A DNA stretch of 61,614 nucleotides, filler included, from Pirum gemmata (taxonomy: Eukaryota): the NCBI GenBank assembly GCA_002812295.1. It is 15 parts of 15 records of this genome, joined end to end, with 100 filler letters (N's around TTAATTAATTAA, not from the genome) between each part and the next. Parts side by side here need not be neighbours in the genome. Positions count along the whole stretch, not along the records: positions 8,233 to 12,314 come from PDIN01001611.1; positions 12,415 to 16,447 come from PDIN01001612.1; positions 16,548 to 20,583 come from PDIN01001613.1; positions 20,684 to 24,690 come from PDIN01001614.1; 11 more parts are not named here. The stretch is one strand, 5' to 3'. Position 1 is the stretch's first letter; each line of letters begins with the position of its first letter. The translations under genes were made by a program, and so were the position numbers. The notes below the pieces were generated by a model. It was not told the origin of the DNA and did no database searches. It saw nothing but the letters and a program-made list of their open reading frames with translations. Positions 12,231 to 24,049 of the stretch are shown here, piece by piece.

Positions 12231-12314
12231 AGTTTACTCGAGATAGTTTACTCGAGATAGTTTACTCGAGATAGTTTACTCGAGATAGTTTACTCGAGAT
12301 AGTTTACTCGAGAT
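12231..12314. repeat. 14-bp tandem repeat (AGTTTACTCGAGAT)x6, running into the contig end
   Basis: Perfect tandem units. Confidence 0.9.
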
Positions 12315-13541
12315 NNNNNNNNNNNNNNNNNNNNNNNNNNNNNNNNNNNNNNNNNNNNTTAATTAATTAANNNNNNNNNNNNNNNNNNNNNNNNNNNNNN
12401 NNNNNNNNNNNNNNATGGCCATAGACTACAATTTATCTCCTCCAGATTACAACAAAAAAATGAGCGGCGAAAAAAAATAATTGTTAAAAGTCTATTATCA
12501 TATCTGATAATTATTATTTGGGCCCAGCTCGATCAGGATTCAGGAATCAAGAATTTTTGACGATTATTTATTTAATTAATAATATGATAGACTATCGGAT
12601 ATTGAATATTTATTTTATAACATAAAATTTGTAAATATAATTTTTTTTTAAATCGACAAACTAGAATCGAGAAACCCATTTTTAGATCACATGGTCCGGG
12701 TCCCCATTGACTCCCCAATCTAGCTCTAGTAGATAGTCAATTTGCAGAGTTTGAAGTCGATTTGATTTGCCTTGGTTAATTTGCTCTCTAAAACTTTTTA
12801 GAAACAAAAAATTGTTAGTTAGTTTTGGCTTGTTGTCTAGCTTTTTTTTTTTAAAAAATTAAAAAATTAATAAAGCACTAAAACCAGATATCAGACCTAT
12901 TTGTACACTGTCGAAAATTCGAAAGTTTGCCATAGTCTATTATTGCCAAGTATCTTTTTTTTTTTTTAGGCTTCTTTTCTAAAAACCTTTAAAATGCTAT
13001 TAAAATAGCCAAATTATTTTTAAAAACTAGCCATTGGCTCATAATAGAGTTTTTTTAGTTAAACTATTTCTCAATATTTGGTAGTACTTAAAAATTAAAA
13101 TTGGATTATTTTGAGATTTTTTGGATTTTTGAGCTCATATCGTATGGCGGATGTCGCCATTTAATCCGGCTTGGTAGTTCCGGCTTGGTATGATAGTTAA
13201 AAAAAAAAAAAAATGTTGATGACTAAACCCTCGAACTAGACCCTCAGGAGACTAGATCAGGTACAGCCTACAGGTAGGCCTCTTAGTGGTTGACCTAGAG
13301 ACTAATTGGCCACTTTGACAATTGACCAGGTAAATGGTAAACCATTATTGGTATAAAAAAGTAAAGGTAGACAGATAAAGTAGATAACATCACTAATTGG
13401 TCTAGCATTTATAGGAGGTGCTGTAAGCCTGTAATATAATTACTAATAATTACTAATATTTTTTTTTTTAAAAAAAAAATACCTAAAAAGGTTATTTGTT
13501 ATTATTATTACCCTCAGTAATTATTATATAATTTTTAACAG

Positions 13542-13793
13542 CCAAGCCGGATAAAACTGTAGAAATAGAGTAGAAATAGTCTCTAAATAGTCTAGTGTAG
13601 AAATCATTTTTTTCTAAAACCTTAATTATAACTAGTCAAATTATTTTTACAAAACAAGCCATTGGTTCATAATAGAGTTTTCTTACTTATATGCTTTCTC
13701 AAAATTTGGTAGTACTTTAATTGAAATTGGAGCATTTTAATATTTGGATTTTTGAGCTCGTATGGCGAATGTCGCCATTTTTATCCGGCTTGG
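13542..13793. mobile_element. MITE family C; partial copies at ~13005-13190 and ~14760-14942
   Basis: Perfect 15-bp TIR CCAAGCCGGATAAAA/TTTTATCCGGCTTGG; shared body across copies. Confidence 0.8.
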
Positions 13794-13914
13794 TGTATAT
13801 AGTTTTAAAAAAAAAAAAAAATAGTTACTGTGTAGAAAACCCACCTAGCCTACATAGGCCTACATCTAGGCCTACATAGACTCTACTACTAGCTAGTAGA
13901 AAAGCTATCATACT

Positions 13915-14352
13915 ACTGTTGTCCAGTTCAAAACTGAAATAAAAGCCAAATTATTATTATGGTTAAACTATCAGACTCTATCAGAGATGTATTAATCAAT
14001 TTGGTATTTTATAATTAATGTTGTATGTTATAAACAAGTTCATTTATACACTTAAAAACAGTATCAAATTAGTAGGGGTGAGATGACGTCATTTTATTAT
14101 TACCGAACAGCTGCCGGAACTTTTCCGATTTTTATAGCTTTATTACTATTAATGTGAACATTATTACTTTTATTGGTATCTAATATAATTAGATTTACTA
14201 TTTTAAGCTATTTAACTGCTATTATTAGTAAGGAACACGGAACTAAGGTTGTCTCGATAAGCATCTGTTCGAAAAAAGTTCCAGTAGATATCTCACCCCC
14301 CCCTACTATCAAATTAAAGATTGGGAGGACAATTGTAAATGAATAGAAGATA
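13915..14352. mobile_element. MITE family B copy interrupted by a nested element; other copies ~6745-6895, ~21840-22000, ~22060-22227, ~42660-42828, ~44018-44218
   Basis: Shared core (reverse strand here) TCTTTAATTTGGTACTGTTTAAGTGTATAATTGAACTTGTTTAT...TTTCAGTTTTTGAACTGGAC. Confidence 0.75.
14071..14307. mobile_element. Nested MITE with 8-bp TSD
   Basis: TIR AGTAGGGGTGAGAT/ATCTCACCCCCCCTACT; TSD ATCAAATT at 14063-14070 and 14308-14315. Confidence 0.85.
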
Positions 14353-15574
14353 GTCTAGCCAGGACTATCTAATAGTAATACTCTATGCACTGACTATGCG
14401 TTATGAACTTATGATAGCTAGACTAGACTAGTCTACTAGCTAGCTAGAGCTAGCGTTATGATAGCATCAGCCTAGGCGCATCAGCGTACTAACTACTAAT
14501 AGTCTAATGATGCTAGCTAAAAAAAAGTACTACCAAATTTTAAGAACTTATGATAAAAAAAAAAACTCTATTATGGCTAGTTTTTAAAAATAATTTGGCT
14601 AATTATAATTTAAAAAAAAAAAAAAACTTTTTATTCGGCAAGTTAGCCTAGATCAAGGGTGCAAATTGGATTATGCAAGTTGGCTAGTCTACTAGCTAGC
14701 TTGAGTGCAGGTTGGTGCCTTTGGGGTGCATACAAGGATGTAGCGATGGCAGCTAAATAGTCAAGCCAAATTATTTTTTAAAAAACTAGCCATTGGTACT
14801 TCATTGGTTCATAATAATAGAGTTTTCTTAGTTAAACGATTTCTCAAAATTTGGTAGTACTTTTCATTGAAATTGGATAATTTTGAGATTTTTTGGATTT
14901 TGAGCTCAAACGGTGGATGTCGCCATTTTTATCCGACTTGGTATCTTATTATAGTTAAAAAAAAAAAAAAAAAACTTACTATTATAGTAATATTATAGTC
15001 TACCTTCATTTTCAGAATTTCAGAAATTCTTTTATCACACTATTCGATAAATTCGGTAGCCGCCCTACTGGAGGGTTACTGAGGGTAGCCCTATTTGATG
15101 TAGCCCATCATGTAGGTCTTTTTTTTAACAACTCTCCGAGGGTTTCTATTCGCAGTTTTAATAGCTAGTCTAGCTAGCTAGCCTTTTTCTTTGTACCTGT
15201 AGTCAGATCGGGGTGGGGGGTTAGCAGCTGGGTGTTAGGGCCACTTAGGGGAGTTAGACTAGTCTACTGGATATCATAGACTATATTAAATTAGGGGATT
15301 AGGGAAAGGGGAGTAGATATACTGTAGATATTCTGTTATGATAGTTAGTAAATAAATCCTAATTAGACTATCATATTGTGTTATTATAATTAAAAAAGTT
15401 GTTTATAAATAAGTTTTCGACTAGCTATCGATAGCTAGTAGTGGTCTCTACTAGAAGTAGACTAAGTAGAAGCTAGCTACTTAGCTAGTAGTCTACTCAG
15501 ATCTTTTAGTCCATTACTGTTTTTTATTTTTTAAAAAAACATTATAGAGAGAGGGGTCTACTAGTAAAACATTA

Positions 15575-15758
15575 GGGAACTTTCATAAAGGACGTCACTT
15601 ATTCTTTGATAGAAGTCATTGCTCGAAAGTATGACTTAAACTGATTTAGGCAGTAATTAATTATTAACCTGTACTTTAAAATAAGGACCAAAAGTGTTTT
15701 GGACAAAGAGGCATAGGTAAGAGTGTAAGATTAGGTGACGTCATTTATGGATGATTCC
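15575..15758. mobile_element. MITE family D (PIF/Harbinger, Tourist-like)
   Basis: TIR GGGAAC.TTCATAAAGGACGTCAC...GTGACGTC.TTTATGGATGATTCC; other copies at ~22270, 23394, ~56630. Confidence 0.75.
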
Positions 15759-15774
15759 TAATATTAGTCTTTTA

Positions 15775-15959
15775 TCGTGATTTTCATTTACTTTGTCACT
15801 CTGAATATTTATTTGGATATTTATAATTTTTAAATTGACATTTTTAAATCAATAAATAGATAATAAAATATACCAAATTAAATTAAATGGATTTATATTG
15901 TATTAATTTGGTACTATTCATTGTATATTTTGTGATGACAAAACAACTGAAAAGCACTA
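15775..15959. mobile_element. MITE family A, full copy (reverse)
   Basis: TCGTGATTTTCA...TGAAAAGCACTA ends and family core. Confidence 0.8.
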
Positions 15960-16549
15960 GACTCTATATTTATTTTTTATAGACTATCATGACTGAGCAA
16001 ATAACCCCTACGAGTCAGCTAGCTACTATGATACTACTACTAGCTAGTCTAAAAATATCATACTACGAGCTATCATCTACTAACTTTACTATCGGATAGC
16101 TAGTAGCTAGCTATAGATAACTACAAGAAGGAGTGACAGCTACCAGCTACTACTAGCTAGCTAGCTAGCCAATAACCCCTACGAGTCAGCTAGCTACTAT
16201 GATACTACTACTAGCTAGTCTAAAAATATCATACTACGAGCTATCATCTACTAATAAATCCATTTCATTTAATTTGGTATATTTTATTATCTATTTGTTC
16301 ATTTAAAAACACCAAGTTAAAAATTATAACTAACCAAATAAATATTCAGAGTGACAAAATAAATGAAAATCACAATAATTTCAAAGAAGCACTTCATCAG
16401 CTATGATCCATCAAACTGGAAAAGATTGCGAACCAAAAAGTGGGCAANNNNNNNNNNNNNNNNNNNNNNNNNNNNNNNNNNNNNNNNNNNNTTAATTAAT
16501 TAANNNNNNNNNNNNNNNNNNNNNNNNNNNNNNNNNNNNNNNNNNNNCG

Positions 16550-16975
16550 TCCAGAATTTTCTTCAGCAAACCACCTTCACCTTCACCTTCACCTTCACCT
16601 TCACCTTCACCTTCACCTTCACCTTCACCTTCACCTTCACCTTCACCTTCACCTTCACCTTCACCTTCACCCTCACCTTCACCTTCACCTTCACCTTCAC
16701 CCTCACCCTCACCTTCACCTTCACCTTCACCTTCACCTTCACCTTCACCTTCACCTACACCTTCACCTTCACCTTCACCTACACCTACTCCTACACCTAC
16801 ATCTACATCCACCACTACCATATCTACACCCACACATACCACATCCACACCTACACAAAGTACTCCTACACTAAATTCCACTATTTTACCACCAGCACTT
16901 TCTGCAACTGCTGCTACTAATATTATTTGTAACAGTGTTTTTATATTTTTAACTTTAATATTTTGGATTTTGTAA
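16550..16975 (+). CDS. C-terminal fragment of a cell-surface protein: (SP)n/Thr-rich stalk and hydrophobic tail (GPI-signal-like); 5' end lost at the contig edge
   Basis: Open frame SRIFFSKPP(SP)n..TPTPTSTSTTT...LSATAATNIICNSVFIFLTLIFWIL*; absent from the ORF track because it has no start codon. Confidence 0.75.
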   Translation, partial: SRIFFSKPPSPSPSPSPSPSPSPSPSPSPSPSPSPSPSPSPSPSPSPSPSPSPSPSPSPSPSPSPSPSPTPSPSPSPTPTPTPTSTSTTTISTPTHTTSTPTQSTPTLNSTILPPALSATAATNIICNSVFIFLTLIFWIL

Positions 16976-17275
16976 GTTAAAATAATAAAGATTGTATTTT
17001 CAAATAAAGTTTTACATTACTCAAATATTCATTTAATAAATTACTATGTATGGTAAATATAAAATTTAGCTTTTTAGTGTTGTTGTTTCAGATGAAATTC
17101 AGGATCCTAACCCTAACCCTAACCCTAACCCTAACCCTAACCCTAACCCTAACTTTTGAAATAAATAAAAAAATTAATTTTGTGAATAATTTTAATAATG
17201 ATGAAGCTGAAAAAATGAAAAGAATTGCATGAATTGAATAAAATTTATTTTAAATTATTATTATATATTATTATA

Positions 17276-17307
<32 letters not shown>

Positions 17308-17381
17308 GTATAATTAGTATTATTAGTATTAGTATTATTAGTATTAATATTAGTTAGTTATTATTACTGTTGCTGTTTTAC

Positions 17382-18174
17382 CTTAGCAACTTAGGATCTG
17401 GAACTGCATTTTGCTCTCTCCACTTTGAAACACTACAATATAAAGCCTCAGTATCAATATCAAATTTAGTATTCTTTATATAAGTTCAAGGCAGTATTCT
17501 TCATGTAATATTTCTTTATGTGTGACAATAAAAGGGAACTCGTTACGGATATTTGGTGGTAAATCCTTCAAATATTCTTTCGAAATAGTTGTAAAAGTAG
17601 AATTAGATAAGCTACACTTATAACTTCGAAAAAATATTTCACCAACACAAAAGCGCCTGTCAATCGATCGCCTTTCATAACCACGTGGGCTTGGCTCGCA
17701 ATTGTCAGCTTCACACNATATAAGTTCAAGGCAGTATTCTTCATGTAATATTTCTTTATGTGTGACAATAAAAGGGAACTCGTTACGGATATTTGGTGGT
17801 AAATCCTTCAAATATTCTTTCGAAATAGTTGTAAAAGTAGAATTAGATAAGCTACACTTATAACTTCGAAAAAATATTTCACCAACACAAAAGCGCCTGT
17901 CAATCGATCGCCTTTCATAACCACGTGGGCTTGGCTCGCAATTGTCAGCTTCACACTTGCAACAGCGCACGCGTAGTGCATTTTCGGGGCACCAAACTAT
18001 TTTATAAGTCTCGAAAATACGTTGTATTGATATATTACTATTACTAAGTTTCGAGGCAGTGACATACGTAAATTTCTTTAAAGGATCAATTTCGTACAAT
18101 ATTGTACCACTTTTTAGACCTTCTTTAAAAACATCTTAATTATAGTTTCTCTTAAAGTTTTTCTCATTTGGCAT
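17382..18174 (-). pseudogene. Disrupted Cys-rich transposon-associated ORF (DUF6729-like by motif recall)
   Basis: WCP...CCKC...GY.RR.ID...YKC...F...LKDLP..IR..FPFIVTHK pattern; in-frame TAA 12 codons after the ATG at 18174; apparent 2-nt slip at ~17478; 240-bp duplication across an N. Confidence 0.5.
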
Positions 18175-18535
18175 GGTGTACGAAATTGATTTATAAGATT
18201 TATAATAACATCAGTCTATTTTTTTTTGTTTAGACTTTAGAATTTATAAGACTACAACAGGACTCTAGGACCGGTCTACAACCCAATTTTGAACTTCTAG
18301 AGGTCAAGAAACTAGATAGAATAGTCGGAATTCTAGTGCTCGAGAAAAAGACTAGAAAAAGTGTTACTCATTGTTACTCATTTCAGCTCATATCTTTTTT
18401 TTTTTCTACTGTACCAAATTCGAACACTTACATTAGATCTAGAGCAACTCATAAATATATTATTATTTCAAAAAAAAAAAATCTAATTTCTAAAATTATT
18501 CATAATATTATTCAACCAAATTTACTTTTTTAAAA

Positions 18536-20364
18536 TCAACCTTGGTATACAGTATTAATGGATACATGGCCATTATCATTGTTATCAACAATCATAATTT
18601 CACTTTCGAGTTGAGAACTCATCGCTAGTTCATTACATTTACGGACAGTTTCATTCTTGGTATGCCTAGCAGAAGTGCTGGTAGTAGCAGTAGTAGGATC
18701 AACAGTTAAATTATTCTTCTTACCCACATTTAATATAATAACAATGGTAAAAGGTACTAGAACAATAGCGTAACAGTACGCTGCTGTTAAAATGTCAATA
18801 ACCAAAGTCGGTAATAAATGAAAATTGTTGCTTATTTTAAAGATGTTTAATAATCCTAACGACCAAGCCACAACCATATTAATAATGACAATAACATAAG
18901 TTAACCTTATGATTCTTTTCAATATAAGGTTGGAAAGAGTATGAACCGACTTTGTTTTGGTTTTGGTTGTGGGTACAATGGACGATTTTAAACCGAAATC
19001 ATCTACGCCTGAAACTTGATAAAATTTTAATCGTGATTTTATTCGCATAACACACCATACCAACAAAGCCGAAGAAATGGTTAGCTCTGCTGTGTATAAA
19101 AATTGTGGAACGGCCACGGCTACGGCACGAGTAGTCACAAATCTTAAAACGTAAGTGAAAACGAAATAACCTGTCATATATTATATAATCATATATTATA
19201 TATGTATAATTATTTTGTTAGTGATAATGAATCAAACATGTACATCGATCTTTTTGTGATTTTTGTTATAAAACTAAATTAAAACACAATACAGTCACTG
19301 CTAGTGCATATTACCAATGGGTTTTGTTTTTTAATAATTATAGTAATTTGTAAATTTAATAATGATTGTTATAATTATAAATTGATAGAAAAGAAAGATA
19401 ATGGAAATGGCATTGATATATAATGATAACGATAATGTAATGAAAATGATAATAAAAATGATTAATATTGTTATATAATATTTATAATAATATTTAACAT
19501 GGTAACCTGGTATAGATAGGAAAGAGTAAATGCAGTAAATTTTGAATTCAGTTTTACTCATAAGACTAGTTTTGTCGAATGTTTCACTAACCATAACATT
19601 AAAGTATGAAATCAGCAAGAAAATACTAGAAGTATGGGTAGCATAATTCAATGATAAAAACACAGCAGAAGCTTCATTTATGGCCTTGACACGATTTTCT
19701 TTGGCGGTATAGACATAAGCTGCGGATAAAATATCACAAATTAATCTAAATTATATAATACAAAATTTAATTAATTGAAATAAAAATAAATATAAAAAAT
19801 TAGAATTTAGTATAATATCATTATAGATGTAGAGTATACGTAAAATGCAATACAAAATAAGCAATGGTAGTAATGTTAACAGTGTAAATATGTAGCAGTA
19901 ACAATAGTAGGAATAGGAACAGGAATATTAATGGTAGTAGAAGTAACAATAGTACTAGTAATAACAGCACTAGTATATATACTTAGCAGTAAAAGTAATA
20001 GCAGTAATATAGTTTGAGAGGGTGTAATACTATAAATAGCTAGTGCTAGTAGTGCTATTAATAGTGGCAATACAAGCAACTAGCAAATTACTAGTACTGG
20101 TAGTACTATTAATCGTCGTAATGGAAGTAACTAGCAGAGTACGTAATAACTACAAAGCAAATTGTAATTATATTACCTTGATATCATCATTCCAATTAGT
20201 AATGTATAGCAATAAAATTTAACATTCCAAAATTTGTAACCCCTTTTCAATTCGTTTAAGTATTTATACCCTAAGATATGTCGTGATAAAATATACAACA
20301 ACGGTATCATAAACAAATAACCGACAATACGGTTAGGATAACTAAAAGGATTCAAATGAGTCAT
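18536..20364 (-). CDS. Multi-pass (about 7 TM) membrane protein, 3 exons (20364-20177, 19745-19507, 19170-18536)
   Basis: Phase-compatible GT-AG junctions join three hydrophobic segments into ~350 aa with a polar C-tail. Confidence 0.75.
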
Positions 20365-21008
20365 AATGGTGTAAAGTTGAAATAATATTAATTCGAATTA
20401 CTGTCAGCAAACAAAAAAAAGATTTTTTTTTTGGTAAAAATTTTAAACTATAAAAAACCCCTTCTATTTATACTGCTCTTGTTTGTATTATTATTATTTA
20501 TTATTATTATTATTTGTTATTATTATTATTTATTATTATTATTATTTATCATTATTACTAGCAAATAAATAAAATTAAAAATTNNNNNNNNNNNNNNNNN
20601 NNNNNNNNNNNNNNNNNNNNNNNNNNNTTAATTAATTAANNNNNNNNNNNNNNNNNNNNNNNNNNNNNNNNNNNNNNNNNNNNAGTAGTAGTAGTAGTAG
20701 TAGTAGTCGTAGTCGTAGTAATAATAGTAGTCGTCGTAGTAATTATAATAATACTCAAGCGTTGTCGCTAAACAAATGCATTTTTTCCTTTCTTCAGAGC
20801 GTTGGTTTTGAGCATATCATTTAACAACTTTTTATGTTAAAAATGTTCAGCCTGTTTCTTGGCAAGAATAGTACAATAAATAAAACAAAAAATAAATAAA
20901 TAAATAAACGAATAAGTATATATGAACGAATTAACGAATTAATGAATTAATGAAATAACGAAATAACGAATTAACGAATTAACGATATAACGAATAAATG
21001 AACAAATA

Positions 21009-21039
<31 letters not shown>

Positions 21040-23393
21040 ATGGGTGTTGGGTGATGAAGAAAATGATACCAGCAGGTTTATGACCATCGTGTCTCTTATT
21101 AGTAGAACTCTTGCCATTGATGTTGCTATTGTTGATGTTGTTACTTTTGTTGCTATTTTTATTATTGTTGCTATTATTATTATTATTATTATTATTATCA
21201 TTATTATTATTTTCCCTTGTTTTTATCATTCAAACACCTATGAAGTGCATGATCAGATTCTTTGGTCATCTTCTCGGTTTCTCGGTTTTTCTTAAATGCT
21301 ATTAAGAATATTTTTAGTGGTTGTGGTTGTGGTTGTGGTTATTATGGCTTTGTTGTATTGTTGCTACCAGCGTAGTTTGTTTTTTTGTTGTTGTTGTTGT
21401 AGTTGTCTTTGTTGTTGTTGTTGTTTTTGGTTTTGTTTTTGTTGTTCCATCTGGTTGTTCTGTTTTTGTTGTTCTTGTTCAGTTGTTCTCAGCAGTCCTT
21501 CTTGTTGTTCTTGGTTTATATGAAAAGTCCTTGGATATTTATAAATAATAATATGATAAATAAATATTATTATACTGGGTAGTTGTATTAAAAAAGTTCA
21601 GGGCAGCTGGTTTAGGGTTAGGGTTATAGGGTTAGGGTTATAGGGTTAGGGTTATAGGGTTAGGGTTAGGGTTAGGGTTAGGGTTAGACTATGTAAGGGT
21701 GGGAAATTTGTCATTTTTTTAGTTCCCGTTTAGACCTAAAAATCGGCTGCCCAGCTCCTTTTCGTATAATAAAATTTTAATAAACTTCAAAATAAACTTG
21801 CTTTGTAGACTACGAAAACTACAGCGAAAACTTCTACCGTGTTTATCCTCTCAATCTTTAATTTGGTACTGTTTAAGTGTATAATTGAACTTGTTTATAT
21901 AATACATCATTAAATATAAAATACCTAATTAATTAAAACATGTCCAATAGTTAAACCATAATAATAATTTGGTACGTTTATTTCAGTTTTTGAACTGGAC
22001 CCCAGGTGTTCTTGGTGATAATAAACCATGACAGGTCCCATGTGACTTTGCATATTTACAGTGTCCTCTCAATCTTTAATTTGGTACTGGTTAAGTGTAT
22101 TATATAACTGAACTTGTTTATGAAATACAACATTAAATATAAAATACCAAATCAATTAAAACATATGCCCAAGCCATAATAATAATTTGGTTGGTTTATT
22201 TCAGTTTTTGAACTGGACAACACGATATTGCATTATTGTTGAGCATTCTATTATTTATAAACACTTATATAAAGGACGTCACTTACTCTTTGATAGAAGT
22301 CATTGCTGAAAGTGTGGCTTAAACTGTTTTAGGTAGTAATTAATTAAAAATATTAATGAACTTTAAAATTATGACCAAAAGTGTTTTGGACAAAGAGGCA
22401 TAGGTAAGATTAGGTAACGTCGGTACTGTAACGTTCTTTATATGGATGATTCCTATGATAATAAGCATGGGACCTACAGTAAGGTTATTACTCTATCACC
22501 ATATCAATAGTCTTTCAGGGTAGTCTTTGCCACGATCACTACCTAGCTAGCTATTGTGCAAACAATCTAAAAACGTCCAACCCCTTTTTTTTATGATCAA
22601 AAATTTCAGATCTATTAATTAAATACCTATTGCATGACTTATGTTCGAAAACTGAAAATTCTAGTGAATCCCAAAAGTTGGATGTTAGTGGCATTTTAGT
22701 GGCTGCTACAGTTATTTGCTACGATACTACTATTAAAGCTAAGTGAAAGAAAGTTCTTGTGGAAATCGTGCCATTTTTTATATCATTTATTTATTTATAA
22801 AACCAAAAGGTTCTCGTGGACTAGTAGAGGACCCACTCCCAAAAAAAAAATATGTTTACCATATATAATTATAATTTATAATAATAGTATCGTATACGTA
22901 CGTAGCTTCGTAAACTATCATCAATAATAATTAATAGTAGAGCAATTTCTGTCGATGAGTTTATCGATATTAATATCAAAACAATATCATGAGCTATACA
23001 CACAGAGGTGTAGATAATTTATATAGTCTAATGTATAGTGCTTTTCAGTTGTTTTGTGGTCATAAAATATACAATAAAGAGTACTAAACTAATATAATAT
23101 AGATCCATTTAATTAAATTTGGTATACTTCATTATCTATCTATTTATTTAAAAATATGTCAATTTAAAGAATATAGCCCTCCAAATAAATATTCAGAGCG
23201 ACAAAATAAATGAATACAATATTATTAGTTACAAGAATGAGAAAAGTTATCTGGAAATCGTGCCATTTCTTAGCCATTTTTTACTATGATAGTATTTTTT
23301 ATGAACATATCATAAAATAAAAAAAAAAATTAAAAAAAATTACCATATATTATGTCGAGTTGTAAACTATCATGGAGTACAATAGAGTGCTTA

Positions 23394-23571
23394 GGAATCA
23401 TCCAAAAAGGACGTCACCTAATCTTACCTATGCCTCTTTGTCCAAAACACCTTTGGTCAAAATTTTAAAGTTTATTTTAATAATTAATTACTGCCTAAAA
23501 CAGTTTAAGTCACATTTTCGAGCAATGACTTCTATTTTAAAGAATAAGTGACGTCCTTTATGAATGTTCCC
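23394..23571. mobile_element. MITE family D copy with TTA TSD
   Basis: TTA|GGAATCATCCAAAAAGGACGTCAC...GTGACGTCCTTTATGAATGTTCCC|TTA. Confidence 0.85.
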
Positions 23572-23870
23572 TTATAAATCATTAAATTTTATATATTAAT
23601 ATATATATCTATGGTAGAATTTTCTTTAGCAACATGCGTTATATTACTATTTTATTGTGATATTGGTATATTGTTGTGCTTTATTATTGAGAAAAAAAAA
23701 TGACAAAAAAGAAAGATGGGCATAATATACTGTGCAAAACCACCAACTACTGTTTGTAGGAACTTTACGGGTAGACTTACTGTAGAATTTCACGATTTCT
23801 ATTTTGGAGATGGGTGGAATGAGTGTATTTACAATAAATGAACTATAAATGTACTTAGTATAAATGTATA

Positions 23871-24049
23871 TCGTGCTTTTCAGTTATTTTGTCGTCATAA
23901 AATATACAATAAATAGTACCAAATTAATACAATATAAATCAATTTAATTTAATTAATTAAGTATATTTTATTATCAGATCCTATTTATTGATTTAAATTA
24001 TACTCCTCCAAATAAATATTCCTAGTGACATAATAAATGAAAAGCACTA
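23871..24049. mobile_element. MITE family A, full copy (others at ~23036, ~24559, ~37590, ~57190)
   Basis: TA|TCGTGCTTTTCA...TGAAAAGCACTA|TA. Confidence 0.8.

Noticed and set aside
12231..12314. CRISPR-like array
   Set aside because: No spacers and a eukaryotic context; this is a plain minisatellite
16492..16881. GE- and VK-repeat ORFs on the minus strand
   Set aside because: They are antisense shadows of the Ser-Pro stalk frame
17478..17957. Perfect 240-bp tandem duplication in the Cys-rich ORF
   Set aside because: Identical copies joined at a single N are typical of an unmerged scaffold overlap
18136..18138. In-frame TAA/TAG as evidence of stop-codon reassignment
   Set aside because: Conserved genes end at the expected place with TAA (GSR) or TGA (GOSR1); internal stops occur only in decayed elements
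20940..21540. Gln/Thr/Asn-rich coding region on the minus strand
   Set aside because: Stops in the frames examined and no convincing splice model; at best a decayed low-complexity exon
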